Part shown: piece after piece, positions 9,585-18,266 of the stretch | Layout of the letters: each line of letters opens with the position of its first letter | Numbering within the stretch: the first letter of the stretch is position 1 | Assembly: GCA_965223795.1 (NCBI GenBank) | Contig: CBDCXL010000002.1 | Location: 2,944,001-3,008,000 of the forward strand | Origin: Nitrospinales bacterium | Lineage (GTDB): Bacteria; Nitrospinota; Nitrospinia; Nitrospinales; VA-1 | Reading direction: 5' to 3' | DNA: 64,000 bases | Position numbers and translations under genes: made by a program | Notes under the pieces: model-generated | The model's input: only the letters and a program-made list of their open reading frames with translations | Told to the model about the DNA's origin: nothing | Database searches by the model: none

Positions 9585-11120
9585 ATGAAAACGCAAGCGA
9601 ACCACAAACAGAATTTGAAGGCGGCGGGGCTTTTGGCCCTGTTCTTCTTCGCCCTGACCCTGGTGCAGCCTGTGCCCGGGGCCTTCGCTGCGCTCAGCAG
9701 CGACGATCAGATCAACCGCATCGATTTCGTGCACATGATGGTGCAGAACCAGCCCGAAAGCCCGCTGCTTCCGGATGGTGTTGCGAGTCTTTCCAAGCGC
9801 GAGATCTATGAGGAAGTGAAGAAAAGCCTGGATATGCTCGGTGTGAACGTCCTGAAGGACAAATCGCCCCTTATGCCGGTGACGCAGCAGGAATTCGTGC
9901 GCCTGGCGTACGCGTTTTCCGGTGGCGAATCAGGCAAAAACCTGTATGAGCAGAAGATGTATCTCAAGCAGGCGGGCTTGCTGAAAACCGCGGACGTCGG
10001 TCTGACGACCGGCCTCGACGGCAAGCTGTACCAGACCCACAAGGGACAGTCCGGTAAAAAGGAAGCCGAGCTGGCTTCGCCGGTGTTCATGAGCGACCGG
10101 CTGGAAACCGACTATTCGTCCAAAGCCATCTTCACCTTCGACGATCAGAGCACGCTCACCATGAGTGAGGACGCGACGGTCAACATCAGCAAGCACATCT
10201 ACGATCCCGATGTGGACCTGCGCCAGACGGTGCTCAAGGCCACCGAGGGCGCGGTGCGGTTCGCCGTGACCAAGGGCAAAGCCAAAGGCTCCATGTTTAA
10301 AGTGGAAACGCCGACCGCCACCGCAGGTGTGCGCGGCACGGAGTTCGTTGTTCTGCTGGATGAAAACGGCAAGACCACCTTCGTGACCCTGGAAGGGCAG
10401 ATCGAGACCAAATCGAATCTCCCCGGGAATCAGGATAAATCCTTTCTGGTGTCCGCCGGCCAGTACCAGGAATTCCTTGAAAACGGAACCGTGACGCCGG
10501 TCCGCAAGGCGCCTCCTGGACTCATCAAGGAAGTCATGCGCAAGACCACCAAGCCCAAGCGGATGGCGCTGGCCAAAGGTATTGGCAAGAACATCGCCAA
10601 GCAGGCGGCCAAAAACGCTGCCAAGCAGGCATCAAAAGCCATCAAGGATCAGTTCAAGAGCGACACCAGAGCTGCACGCGATGCGTTCAAGGCCGAAAGA
10701 AAGGCTCTGCGTGCTGCCATGAAAGCGGAATGGGAAGCGCTCAAGGACGCGTCTCCGGAAGTGAAAAAAGCGTTCCGGCAGTCGTATCGGGAGAAGATGA
10801 AAGGCTCCCGTGATACGTTCAAATCCAGCATGGATTCGGCGCGCATGGCTAAAATGTCGGCCAAGAACGCGGCAAAGGATGCAGCGAAAGGTGCCGCCAA
10901 AACGGCAGCGAAAGGCGCTGCAAAAAATGCCGCCAAAGTAGCCGCTAAGGATGCCGCCAAGTCGGCCGCGAAGGATGCGGCTAAAGGTGCTGCAAAAGAT
11001 GCCGCCAAAGGCGCTGCCAAGTCGGCTGCGAAAGATGCAGCAAAGGATGCGGCGAAACAGGTGGTGAAAGAAACCGGAAACGGCAAGGGCAAAGGCAAGG
11101 GATTGGGAGGTTTGCTGTAG
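9585..11120 (+). CDS. Exported FecR-domain protein with Ala/Lys-rich repetitive C-terminus
   Basis: GGAGG SD at 9571, signal peptide; FKVETPTATAGVRGTEFVV FecR signature; (AAKx)n tail. Confidence 0.85.
   Translation: MKTQANHKQNLKAAGLLALFFFALTLVQPVPGAFAALSSDDQINRIDFVHMMVQNQPESPLLPDGVASLSKREIYEEVKKSLDMLGVNVLKDKSPLMPVTQQEFVRLAYAFSGGESGKNLYEQKMYLKQAGLLKTADVGLTTGLDGKLYQTHKGQSGKKEAELASPVFMSDRLETDYSSKAIFTFDDQSTLTMSEDATVNISKHIYDPDVDLRQTVLKATEGAVRFAVTKGKAKGSMFKVETPTATAGVRGTEFVVLLDENGKTTFVTLEGQIETKSNLPGNQDKSFLVSAGQYQEFLENGTVTPVRKAPPGLIKEVMRKTTKPKRMALAKGIGKNIAKQAAKNAAKQASKAIKDQFKSDTRAARDAFKAERKALRAAMKAEWEALKDASPEVKKAFRQSYREKMKGSRDTFKSSMDSARMAKMSAKNAAKDAAKGAAKTAAKGAAKNAAKVAAKDAAKSAAKDAAKGAAKDAAKGAAKSAAKDAAKDAAKQVVKETGNGKGKGKGLGGLL
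10869..11060 (+). repeat. 16 x 12-bp coding tandem repeat encoding (AAKx)16
   Basis: AAKD-AAKG-AAKT-AAKG-AAKN-...-AAKQ, 192 bp, codon-diversified. Confidence 0.9.
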
Positions 11121-11168
11121 TTCCCGGCTCTTCCGTTTTTAACATTTTAAACGTTGAGTTTGCTTGCG

Positions 11169-11201
11169 ACCGGGTCCGCTTTGGCGGGCCCGGTTTTTTT
11201 T
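11169..11201 (+). terminator. Rho-independent terminator
   Basis: ACCGGGTCCGC-TTTG-GCGGGCCCGGT followed by a T-run. Confidence 0.85.
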
Positions 11202-11285
11202 CGTTTTAGCGAAACGAAAAGCATTGGTAGAGGGATATTTTACGGTATAATGCCGCAAAATCACTGAGATAACTAGTCTTACCCA

Positions 11286-12680
11286 ATGCCTCCTGTTCGT
11301 TTCGTCCGTGTCGCCTTTATTGGCACAGTGATAATCATCCTGCTCTCATTGGGCCTGCTTCCCATCTGGGCGCAGGAATCCGCCGAGGATTTGTATTCCC
11401 GGGGGCTCGGCCACCTGGACGCGAAGGACTTCGAAAAGGCTGCCCGGATCATCAACGATGCGCTGGCCCTGAAAGACAATCTGGAAGGCGCCCGCCTCAA
11501 CCTCGGCATCGCCTATTTTCAACTCGGCAAATACGAGGAAGCCCTCCAGATCCTGAACGAAGCCCTGGTGCAACGTCCCAGCGGCACGCTGCATTTCTTT
11601 ACGGCGCTGACCTACCAGGGCAAGAAGGAACACACGCAATCCATCCATCATTTCGAGGAAGCGGCGCGGCTGGACAGCGAGTACGACCAGCTTTCCGCCT
11701 ACAACATCGGGCTGGCGCATTTTCATCAAGGCAACCGGGAGCTTTCCGCCAAGGCGCTGAACGACGCGATCCAGTACGATCCCAAGACCGAGATCGCCAA
11801 AGAAGCGGAAAAAATGCTCAAGGCGGTCGAATCGAAAAAAGAGAAGAAACGTCTTTCCTTATCCGCCTCGGTCGGTCTGGAATACGACGACAACATCACG
11901 GTGGATGAGCTGGACCAGACCACCAATCTCGACGATTTTTCCACGGTGTACGAATTTTCCGGTGCGTACAAACTGCTCGCGGGCGAGAAATACGAAGTGG
12001 AAGCGGGTTACGATTTTTACCAGAGCATCCACGACGACCTGTCGGCATTCGATATGCAGTCGCACCTGTTCACCCTGACCGGTTCGCGCGAGGTTTGGGG
12101 CGTGGATCTGGGGCTCAATACGATCTACAACCGCACCATCCTGGGAGGCGACAAGCTATTGGAGATCCATTCCGCTTCCCCCAGCGTCGGGGGCTTCCTG
12201 CTTCCCACCGTGTACACGACGCTCAACTACGCCTATCGGGACATCAACTTTTTCGATTCTCCCGACCGCGACAGCCAGAACCACGGCGTCGGCATCAACA
12301 ACTACCTGTTTTTCATGGGCAGCAAGGGCTTCGTGAACGTGGGCTACACCTTCGAGAATGAAATCACCACGGGGCGGGAGTTCGGCTATTTCGGCCACTT
12401 CGTGACGTCGGGCGTGCGCACACCGATACCGGGAACCGACTGGGACACGCGGGTGAGTCTGGGCTACCGGTATTTTTTCAAGGATTACAAGAAGGTCACC
12501 GCCAGCATCGGCGAAGAACGCGCCGATCACCGGCACACCATCCTGTTTGGCGTCGAGCAGCCGCTGTTTAAATTCCTCAAACTGAAGCTCGACTACCAGT
12601 ACATCAACAGCACCTCCAACCTGGCTTCCTCGGATTTCGACGAGAACATCGTCAACTTTTCCCTGTCCGCGCATTATTAG
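11286..12680 (+). CDS. TPR-containing outer-membrane beta-barrel protein
   Basis: Signal peptide, TPR repeats (NLGIAYFQLGKYEEA), GLEYDDNI barrel start, alternating aromatic strands, C-terminal Y. Confidence 0.8.
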   Translation: MPPVRFVRVAFIGTVIIILLSLGLLPIWAQESAEDLYSRGLGHLDAKDFEKAARIINDALALKDNLEGARLNLGIAYFQLGKYEEALQILNEALVQRPSGTLHFFTALTYQGKKEHTQSIHHFEEAARLDSEYDQLSAYNIGLAHFHQGNRELSAKALNDAIQYDPKTEIAKEAEKMLKAVESKKEKKRLSLSASVGLEYDDNITVDELDQTTNLDDFSTVYEFSGAYKLLAGEKYEVEAGYDFYQSIHDDLSAFDMQSHLFTLTGSREVWGVDLGLNTIYNRTILGGDKLLEIHSASPSVGGFLLPTVYTTLNYAYRDINFFDSPDRDSQNHGVGINNYLFFMGSKGFVNVGYTFENEITTGREFGYFGHFVTSGVRTPIPGTDWDTRVSLGYRYFFKDYKKVTASIGEERADHRHTILFGVEQPLFKFLKLKLDYQYINSTSNLASSDFDENIVNFSLSAHY

Positions 12681-12826
12681 GCAAAGCGAATTCCGCCTGT
12701 CGGAACTTGGCTTGAGCCGTCCTTTATATGCAAAAATCTGAAAAGGGAATGCTGCAGGGGGGAATTGCGGGAAACGTTGTGCTTTGCGGTGAAGCGGTTC
12801 GCGGTGTGCGCAACCGCCTTTCGAAT

Positions 12827-12876
12827 AGAGTAGCCCCAAGGGGAATCGAACCCCTGTTTCCGGCGTGAGAGGCCGG
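12827..12876 (-). repeat. Displaced 3' half of tRNA-Glu (att site; 50-bp direct repeat of 31543-31592)
   Basis: AGAGTAGCCCCAAGGGGAATCGAACCCCTGTTTCCGGCGTGAGAGGCCGG identical at both positions; lacks D-arm and 5' acceptor strand. Confidence 0.95.
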
Positions 12877-13052
12877 AAACCTAGCATAAGGACGCTATAT
12901 TAGAAACCAGAAACCCCTGTCTTTTTAGTGATTTAACTGTTTTTGGATTTTGAGGATGCCCAAAAATACGGTTGCCCTTTGGTTGCCCCCGGTTCTCAAA
13001 ATGGTTTGGTAGGCCGAAAACCCCCCCCCTCACGCCCTCTACACCGTTTTCC

Positions 13053-13439
13053 TCATCCCCGTTGAGGGAACGGAATCATGTTTGACGGTGTCATTTTTGA
13101 CGGTTCCTCCTGCACTTCCTTAATGATTTCCTTAAATGCCTTCAAGCCCGCGTGTGCCGCCAGGACGTTTGTATTCATGTACACGGCAAAATCCTCGTCC
13201 GGGGTATCGTTAAAAAATTTTGACGCATTGTAGGACAACTCTTCCGCTAAATGTGTCGTCAACAAGGCTTCGTTTTCTAAATACAAATAATCCTTTTCCC
13301 TGAGATCATCCATAGGGACCGAATCAAAATCCATCAATTTTCCTTTTTCTGTCAACCACTGCTTCTTTAACGCCCTTTTGGGGGATTGCTGTAGTTTATC
13401 CTCCCCCTTCAATAAAATAGTTAAATCCGTCAGATCCAA
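13053..13439 (-). CDS. Hypothetical protein, AT-rich, probable mobile-element remnant
   Basis: 128-aa ORF with atypical composition next to the att site; ends in NMIPFP. Confidence 0.55.
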   Translation of the reverse strand: MDLTDLTILLKGEDKLQQSPKRALKKQWLTEKGKLMDFDSVPMDDLREKDYLYLENEALLTTHLAEELSYNASKFFNDTPDEDFAVYMNTNVLAAHAGLKAFKEIIKEVQEEPSKMTPSNMIPFPQRG

Positions 13440-13495
13440 TTCAATCGTCGTCCGGAACTCAGACGTCCGTTTAAATCACTCCCTTCTCTTGACTG

Positions 13496-14521
13496 TCAGA
13501 TCCGCTCCTTGCACACGGAGATGGAGATCACAGAACGGGTCACGCGGCTTCTACCCAGATAAACGGTGACGATCAGCCAGAGCGCGGATAAAACCAGCAG
13601 CGACTCCGGCTGACCCAGTTGCTCCACGCCCAGAGCAAGCGCGATCGGAAACGGTTGTGGGGGAGATGCCGCGAACACCGTGGCGAAGCCGAGCGCGATC
13701 GCCGCCAGAGGCAGGATCTGATAGACGTTCCAATTGCCTGTGCCGCGGTGATCGGAACGGAAGAACTCCGACACGAACCGCCAGGCCTGGGACACGGTCA
13801 GGCTGACTAAAAACGCCGCAGCAAAATGGGACAGGGAAAACAGAATCCAGCCGGCGAACGCGCCCGCCAGGCTGATTCCAGCGGTCAGTGCCTGGATGGG
13901 CACTACGGGAATGTCATCCCATCCGTTTTCATAGGCGATCTTCTTGGTCTCACCGTGAAAAACAAAGTGAAACTGCGCGAACAGTCTGCGCAGCAGGGGA
14001 GGGCTCTTGTCGAGCGGTTTGCCGTAGCAGCAGCCGAAGCTGATGCAGGCCAGCCTTCCCAGACCCTCGCCGACGCAGTAGCTGATGGTGAGCGCGGCGA
14101 GGATCGCCAGCATTTTGCCCTGTTGTCCGGCGAGCAGGATGGCGGGGTAGCTGGCTAAAAGTCCGGCGAACGAGGCAGCTCCGGTTGAAAAAGTGTTATC
14201 TTTCTTTTCGATCCAGCCAGCGAGAATGCGCGCGGCGGGCAGGCTGAACAGCAGGACGGCGGTCAAAATGAGCCCTACCGCGGCGGCGGCGATCCCCACA
14301 CTTGCGGTCAACACCACAAACACCACGGCGGCGGCCAGCACGCTGTTGGCCACCAGAACGCCGTACCAGGTGAGGTTGATTCCCTGCCAGCTGCCGCAGT
14401 CCAGCTTTTTGACCGGGAACACAGCCAGGAACTGCCGGTTCTCTTTGGGCAGCACCCGCACGCCCCAGACGAGATAGGCGATGCAGGCGATGAAAAAAAC
14501 CGCGGTGATGATCGCGTTCAT
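13496..14521 (-). CDS. Prolipoprotein diacylglyceryl transferase (Lgt)-like membrane protein
   Basis: TWYG, GRLACISFGCCYG, PIQAL, RFVSEFFRSD Lgt-family motifs; multiple TM segments. Confidence 0.8.
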   Translation of the reverse strand: MNAIITAVFFIACIAYLVWGVRVLPKENRQFLAVFPVKKLDCGSWQGINLTWYGVLVANSVLAAAVVFVVLTASVGIAAAAVGLILTAVLLFSLPAARILAGWIEKKDNTFSTGAASFAGLLASYPAILLAGQQGKMLAILAALTISYCVGEGLGRLACISFGCCYGKPLDKSPPLLRRLFAQFHFVFHGETKKIAYENGWDDIPVVPIQALTAGISLAGAFAGWILFSLSHFAAAFLVSLTVSQAWRFVSEFFRSDHRGTGNWNVYQILPLAAIALGFATVFAASPPQPFPIALALGVEQLGQPESLLVLSALWLIVTVYLGRSRVTRSVISISVCKERI

Positions 14522-14530
14522 GGTTTTGCC

Positions 14531-15538
14531 TCAGTCAAGGATTTTTTCGGCGACCGGGGAGCGGGTTTTCACGTCGGTTTCGACGAGCGTGCGGTCGAAG
14601 TTCAGCGAGAAGCGGCTCTGCGCTTCCGGATGGCGCAGGTTTGCCAGAATGGTGGCGTCGAACCGGACCCTGCCTTTCTGGAAGATGAGGACGGTGGTGC
14701 TGCTTCCCGGCCGGAACAGGCTTTTCGGCTGCCCCCGGCGCAGGAACAGGCCGCGCTCCAAAGGACGCGGGTCTTCGTAGCGCTCCCCGCTATAACACTG
14801 CCGGATCTCGCCGATCATCAGGGCCACCACCTCGATCATCGCCACGGGACCGACACCGCTGCCTCCGGGAGCGTCGGTGTCGATCACGGTCACCATGCGC
14901 TTGTTCTTGGAAAACGGCGTGACCAGCCGGACGATCGCTCCCGGATTGCAGGAATGGTAGTCGCCGTCGATGGCGTAATGGTCGATGACGATTCCGGAAA
15001 CGGGAGCGTGATTATAATGATACTTTTCCGGCGTCAGGCGGAAGATGGCAAAATCCCCGCCCTGGAATGCGTTCAGCCACTGCCGCTTGTCGCATCCCAA
15101 CAGCTCGTTGAAATGGAAGAATTTTTCTTTCAGCCAAAGATCGGAGGTTTCGCGGAAGGACCCCACCAGTACCCTGGAGTCGGCCGGAGACACGACAACG
15201 CTCTCTTCGCGCGGCATGGACCGGGTGTCCCAGTAGCGGATCTTGCGCTCGAAGATCTTTTCAGGCGTGTCGTAGTACGCGCGCGGCTTGAGGCATTCGT
15301 CCCAATCGACGCCGCCGTTTGAAAGCATTCTGGAATTTCCGGACAGCCGCGCGCCGAGGCGCGTCCGGTAATTCAGGAAACCCAGAACCGTGGAGATGCG
15401 GGGGCCGGTGAGAGCCCTGAAGACGAAGGGGGCCTTTTCCCGCACGGCGGAATAGAGCCAGCGCACGATGGGGTCCCCAAACAGTTTTTCATCCACCACC
15501 TTACCGGTGGTGCCGTCAATATACTGATGCGTCGTCAT
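14531..15538 (-). CDS. Phosphatidylserine decarboxylase family proenzyme
   Basis: VSPADS, FRLTPEKYHYNHAPVSG, NKRMV, GSST autocleavage site. Confidence 0.88.
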   Translation of the reverse strand: MTTHQYIDGTTGKVVDEKLFGDPIVRWLYSAVREKAPFVFRALTGPRISTVLGFLNYRTRLGARLSGNSRMLSNGGVDWDECLKPRAYYDTPEKIFERKIRYWDTRSMPREESVVVSPADSRVLVGSFRETSDLWLKEKFFHFNELLGCDKRQWLNAFQGGDFAIFRLTPEKYHYNHAPVSGIVIDHYAIDGDYHSCNPGAIVRLVTPFSKNKRMVTVIDTDAPGGSGVGPVAMIEVVALMIGEIRQCYSGERYEDPRPLERGLFLRRGQPKSLFRPGSSTTVLIFQKGRVRFDATILANLRHPEAQSRFSLNFDRTLVETDVKTRSPVAEKILD

Positions 15539-17999
15539 GGAGCTCCGTGTGTCTGCGGTCGATCCAGTGCTCGAATTTTGAGGTTTTGTAGGCCGTGTGC
15601 ATCAGAATCATTTCCAGCAGGACGCGGATCGTCGCATACGAAGGTGGATGCTGTCCGGCGTCCTCAAAAAACCGGTTAGGAGAACCGTCCAGGGTTTTTA
15701 GAAATCCGGGAAACCGTTCGGTGATGAATTCAACGAAATCCCGGTCGTTTGAAAATGCCTCTTTGAGTCCGTCGAGCCCTTCCTGAATGTGTTTGCGGCG
15801 CAATCCATTGCGGTAGTAGGCCTCGGCGGCGGAATTCATCTCCCAGGCAGACAGCTTGAAGGGACAATGGGTCCCCGCTTCATTGAGAATTCCCTGCGTG
15901 ATGCGGCCGGCTGCCGAGCCCGTCTCAACATCGTTAATGCGGTGCGCCAGTCCGCCCAGCGTCTCCTGCATGTTGAGCAGGGAAACCAGATCCCCCGCTT
16001 CTTCCTTCAGATAGATCAGCAGTGCCTTCTTGTATTCCTGTGTCTGCACCCGGAAATAACCCGGATACCGGGAACTGGCGCGCACTTTCGCGGTCCGGCG
16101 CACGAGGTTTTTCAAAAAAAGGTTGCCGGTGTCGCCGCGCACGTAAAACGTGGGAATGCCGATGGCGGCGCCGAAGGCCACCTGCCGCCGTTCGCTTTCG
16201 ACAAACGGCGTGTCCGGAATCGAGGCGTGGGTCACCCTGCCTGTGGCCACCAGCTTGAACGCCAGCAGCGTGATGAGGTTTTGCAGATCCGCTGCCTCAC
16301 CCATGTCCTCCGTGATGTTTTCAAACAGCGAATAATACCGTCCCTCGAAACCGGAATAGCCCATTGAGGCGAACTGCCTCAGCCGGTAGAACATGTAGGG
16401 CGACATTTTTTCGTGAAACACGCCGAGATGCATCAGATCCTTGGCCAGGCGTTCCAGGTTGCCGGGTTTTCCGTCCAGCATGGGGCAGCCTTCCGTGCTC
16501 AACAGCGCGACCATGTAATCGACGAGGCGGAAATCGGGAATGACGTCGCCGCGAAAGCCGAACACATCGTTGATGATTTTATCCAGCCACCTGGGACCGA
16601 ACGGTGTGATTGGTTTGTTGAAAATTTTCAGCTTGGCTTTTTTGTGCCAGCGCCGCCAGATCATGCGCAGATGCGTGTAATGAAGCTGGTGCGGCAAAAA
16701 GCCCAGCGCCGTTTCCGGGTGGAAGTCGAAAAACTCCATCCGATAAGGAGCGGCGCTGTACTGGCCGACGAACAGGCTGAGAAAATGCTCGAACACTTTG
16801 ATCGCCAGATCGCCGATGTATTTTTCATGGCGCCCGGTAAAATCCTTTGTCTGCGCCTTGAGCGCCGCGGTCATCCGCTGGCTGCTCATGCTCAGGTGCG
16901 TGCCGTTGTTGGCCAGGCTGATATTGGACGTGTTGGGCAGCGTCACCAGATTGCGGGTGATGAGCCCGGCTTCGCGCAGCTTGGCCAGCGTGTTGAGCTG
17001 GCTGCGGCTCAGCACCTCGTGGCACAGCGACATGTAGGCGTGCTTTTCTTCGCCCCGGTCCCAGCCCGAAAGACAGGGGCTCATGAACAGCTCGCGGTAA
17101 AACGAATCCGGGATGCACTGGTTGAGCTTTTTCTGCCGGATCGGCGGATGCGGCGAATGGAAAACGATGGCTTCCTGGCCCCGCTCCTTGAGGCCGAAGC
17201 GGAGGTTGGCGTACTGAATCAGAAGCTGGGTGAACAGGAACCGCTGGCAGGTTTCGCGAGCGACGCTTTTGCCGTTGCCTTCGTCCGGAGCCAGCGCGGA
17301 AATGTAAAACGAGTGGGTCTCGGGTGAGGTGTTGTCGTTGAGAAAGTGGTCGAGCAGCAGGATGCCAGTCTGGTACAAAGCCGGTGGCAGACTCTTCCGG
17401 CGGTCGAGAAAATCCGCCAGCGCCAGCTTCAACAGGTAGCTGACCGGCAGGCGGCAGAACGCTTCGCCATGCTGCTTGAAGAAGAAGCGATCGAAATCAC
17501 CGCGCAAGCCGGAATGCGGGTCGTTCTTGTTCGCTCGCAAATCCTGGGACAGAATCTTTTTCGCCAGCGGGCTCAAGCGGTTGTGCGGGAAGCGCACCCA
17601 GCTGTTTTCCCATACCTGCTCCGGATTGGAATCGAGATAATCCTCAATATCAGTGAGAAGCCGTTTCGAAGTCTCGCCGGTTTTCTGCCGCTGGATGGCG
17701 TTGGAGAAAAAACTCGACGTGCGTATGGCGAGCGCCATGTCCACATTCGCGGCGTCGCCGATCACCGCCGCCTGCAGCTCGCTTTCTGAACCCGCGGTGA
17801 CGTCGCCCACCGAGAAAGGCAGGGTTTCAAGCAGCCTGTCGTAGTTTTTAAAATCCGTGCCCAACGCTTCCAGTGCGGCTTTTACAGACACCGGTTCCAA
17901 GGGGGCGGCCGATCGAGGGGCGTGCTTTTTCCCGGCGGGAGCCGGTAATGCGGAGGAATTGTTTTTATTCAAAGATAGGTTCCTCAATAGGAAATCCAA
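15516..17999 (-). CDS. Conserved-looking hypothetical 827-aa protein, possible GS/GCS-fold carboxylate-amine ligase
   Basis: Long ORF overlapping the psd-like start; motifs AGSESELQ, NNGTHLS, GFEGRY. Confidence 0.8.
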   Translation of the reverse strand: MDFLLRNLSLNKNNSSALPAPAGKKHAPRSAAPLEPVSVKAALEALGTDFKNYDRLLETLPFSVGDVTAGSESELQAAVIGDAANVDMALAIRTSSFFSNAIQRQKTGETSKRLLTDIEDYLDSNPEQVWENSWVRFPHNRLSPLAKKILSQDLRANKNDPHSGLRGDFDRFFFKQHGEAFCRLPVSYLLKLALADFLDRRKSLPPALYQTGILLLDHFLNDNTSPETHSFYISALAPDEGNGKSVARETCQRFLFTQLLIQYANLRFGLKERGQEAIVFHSPHPPIRQKKLNQCIPDSFYRELFMSPCLSGWDRGEEKHAYMSLCHEVLSRSQLNTLAKLREAGLITRNLVTLPNTSNISLANNGTHLSMSSQRMTAALKAQTKDFTGRHEKYIGDLAIKVFEHFLSLFVGQYSAAPYRMEFFDFHPETALGFLPHQLHYTHLRMIWRRWHKKAKLKIFNKPITPFGPRWLDKIINDVFGFRGDVIPDFRLVDYMVALLSTEGCPMLDGKPGNLERLAKDLMHLGVFHEKMSPYMFYRLRQFASMGYSGFEGRYYSLFENITEDMGEAADLQNLITLLAFKLVATGRVTHASIPDTPFVESERRQVAFGAAIGIPTFYVRGDTGNLFLKNLVRRTAKVRASSRYPGYFRVQTQEYKKALLIYLKEEAGDLVSLLNMQETLGGLAHRINDVETGSAAGRITQGILNEAGTHCPFKLSAWEMNSAAEAYYRNGLRRKHIQEGLDGLKEAFSNDRDFVEFITERFPGFLKTLDGSPNRFFEDAGQHPPSYATIRVLLEMILMHTAYKTSKFEHWIDRRHTELHDDASVY

Positions 18000-18266
18000 A
18001 TGGTGTCTTCCTCACATTAATCCCGGTTTGTTAGGCCGCTGGATTGTTTCTGTTATAAATCCGCTAGGTTTTTGAATCTGCAAGCGTGAAGCAAGCCGGG
18101 AGAGGCGCCTCCGGGAAAATTGTGATTTTCTGTGATCTTCATTGGATTCAAACCGAAATCTAACCAAGTGAGTATAGAATCATTCCCACGTTTCAAGTCT
18201 GAGTGGCGATGCAGGCCGAATCCCGAACTGCATAGAAGTCGTATCAACAAAAAACAAGGCTGAACG

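Noticed and set aside
10869..11060. Tandem repeat as a CRISPR array or histone-like gene
   Set aside because: 12-bp in-frame coding units with no spacers, part of the FecR ORF; no cas genes in the window.
12156..12887. 243-aa minus-strand ORF starting MLGFRPLTPETGVRFPLG
   Set aside because: Shadow translation of the tRNA fragment plus the antisense of the beta-barrel gene.
12827..12900. Second complete tRNA-Glu
   Set aside because: Identity stops at the anticodon stem; no D-arm or 5' acceptor strand, so it is an att remnant.
18120..18140. TGTGAT direct repeat as a Pho box or CRP site
   Set aside because: Spacing is 10 bp rather than 11, and it is not the TGTGA-N6-TCACA palindrome.
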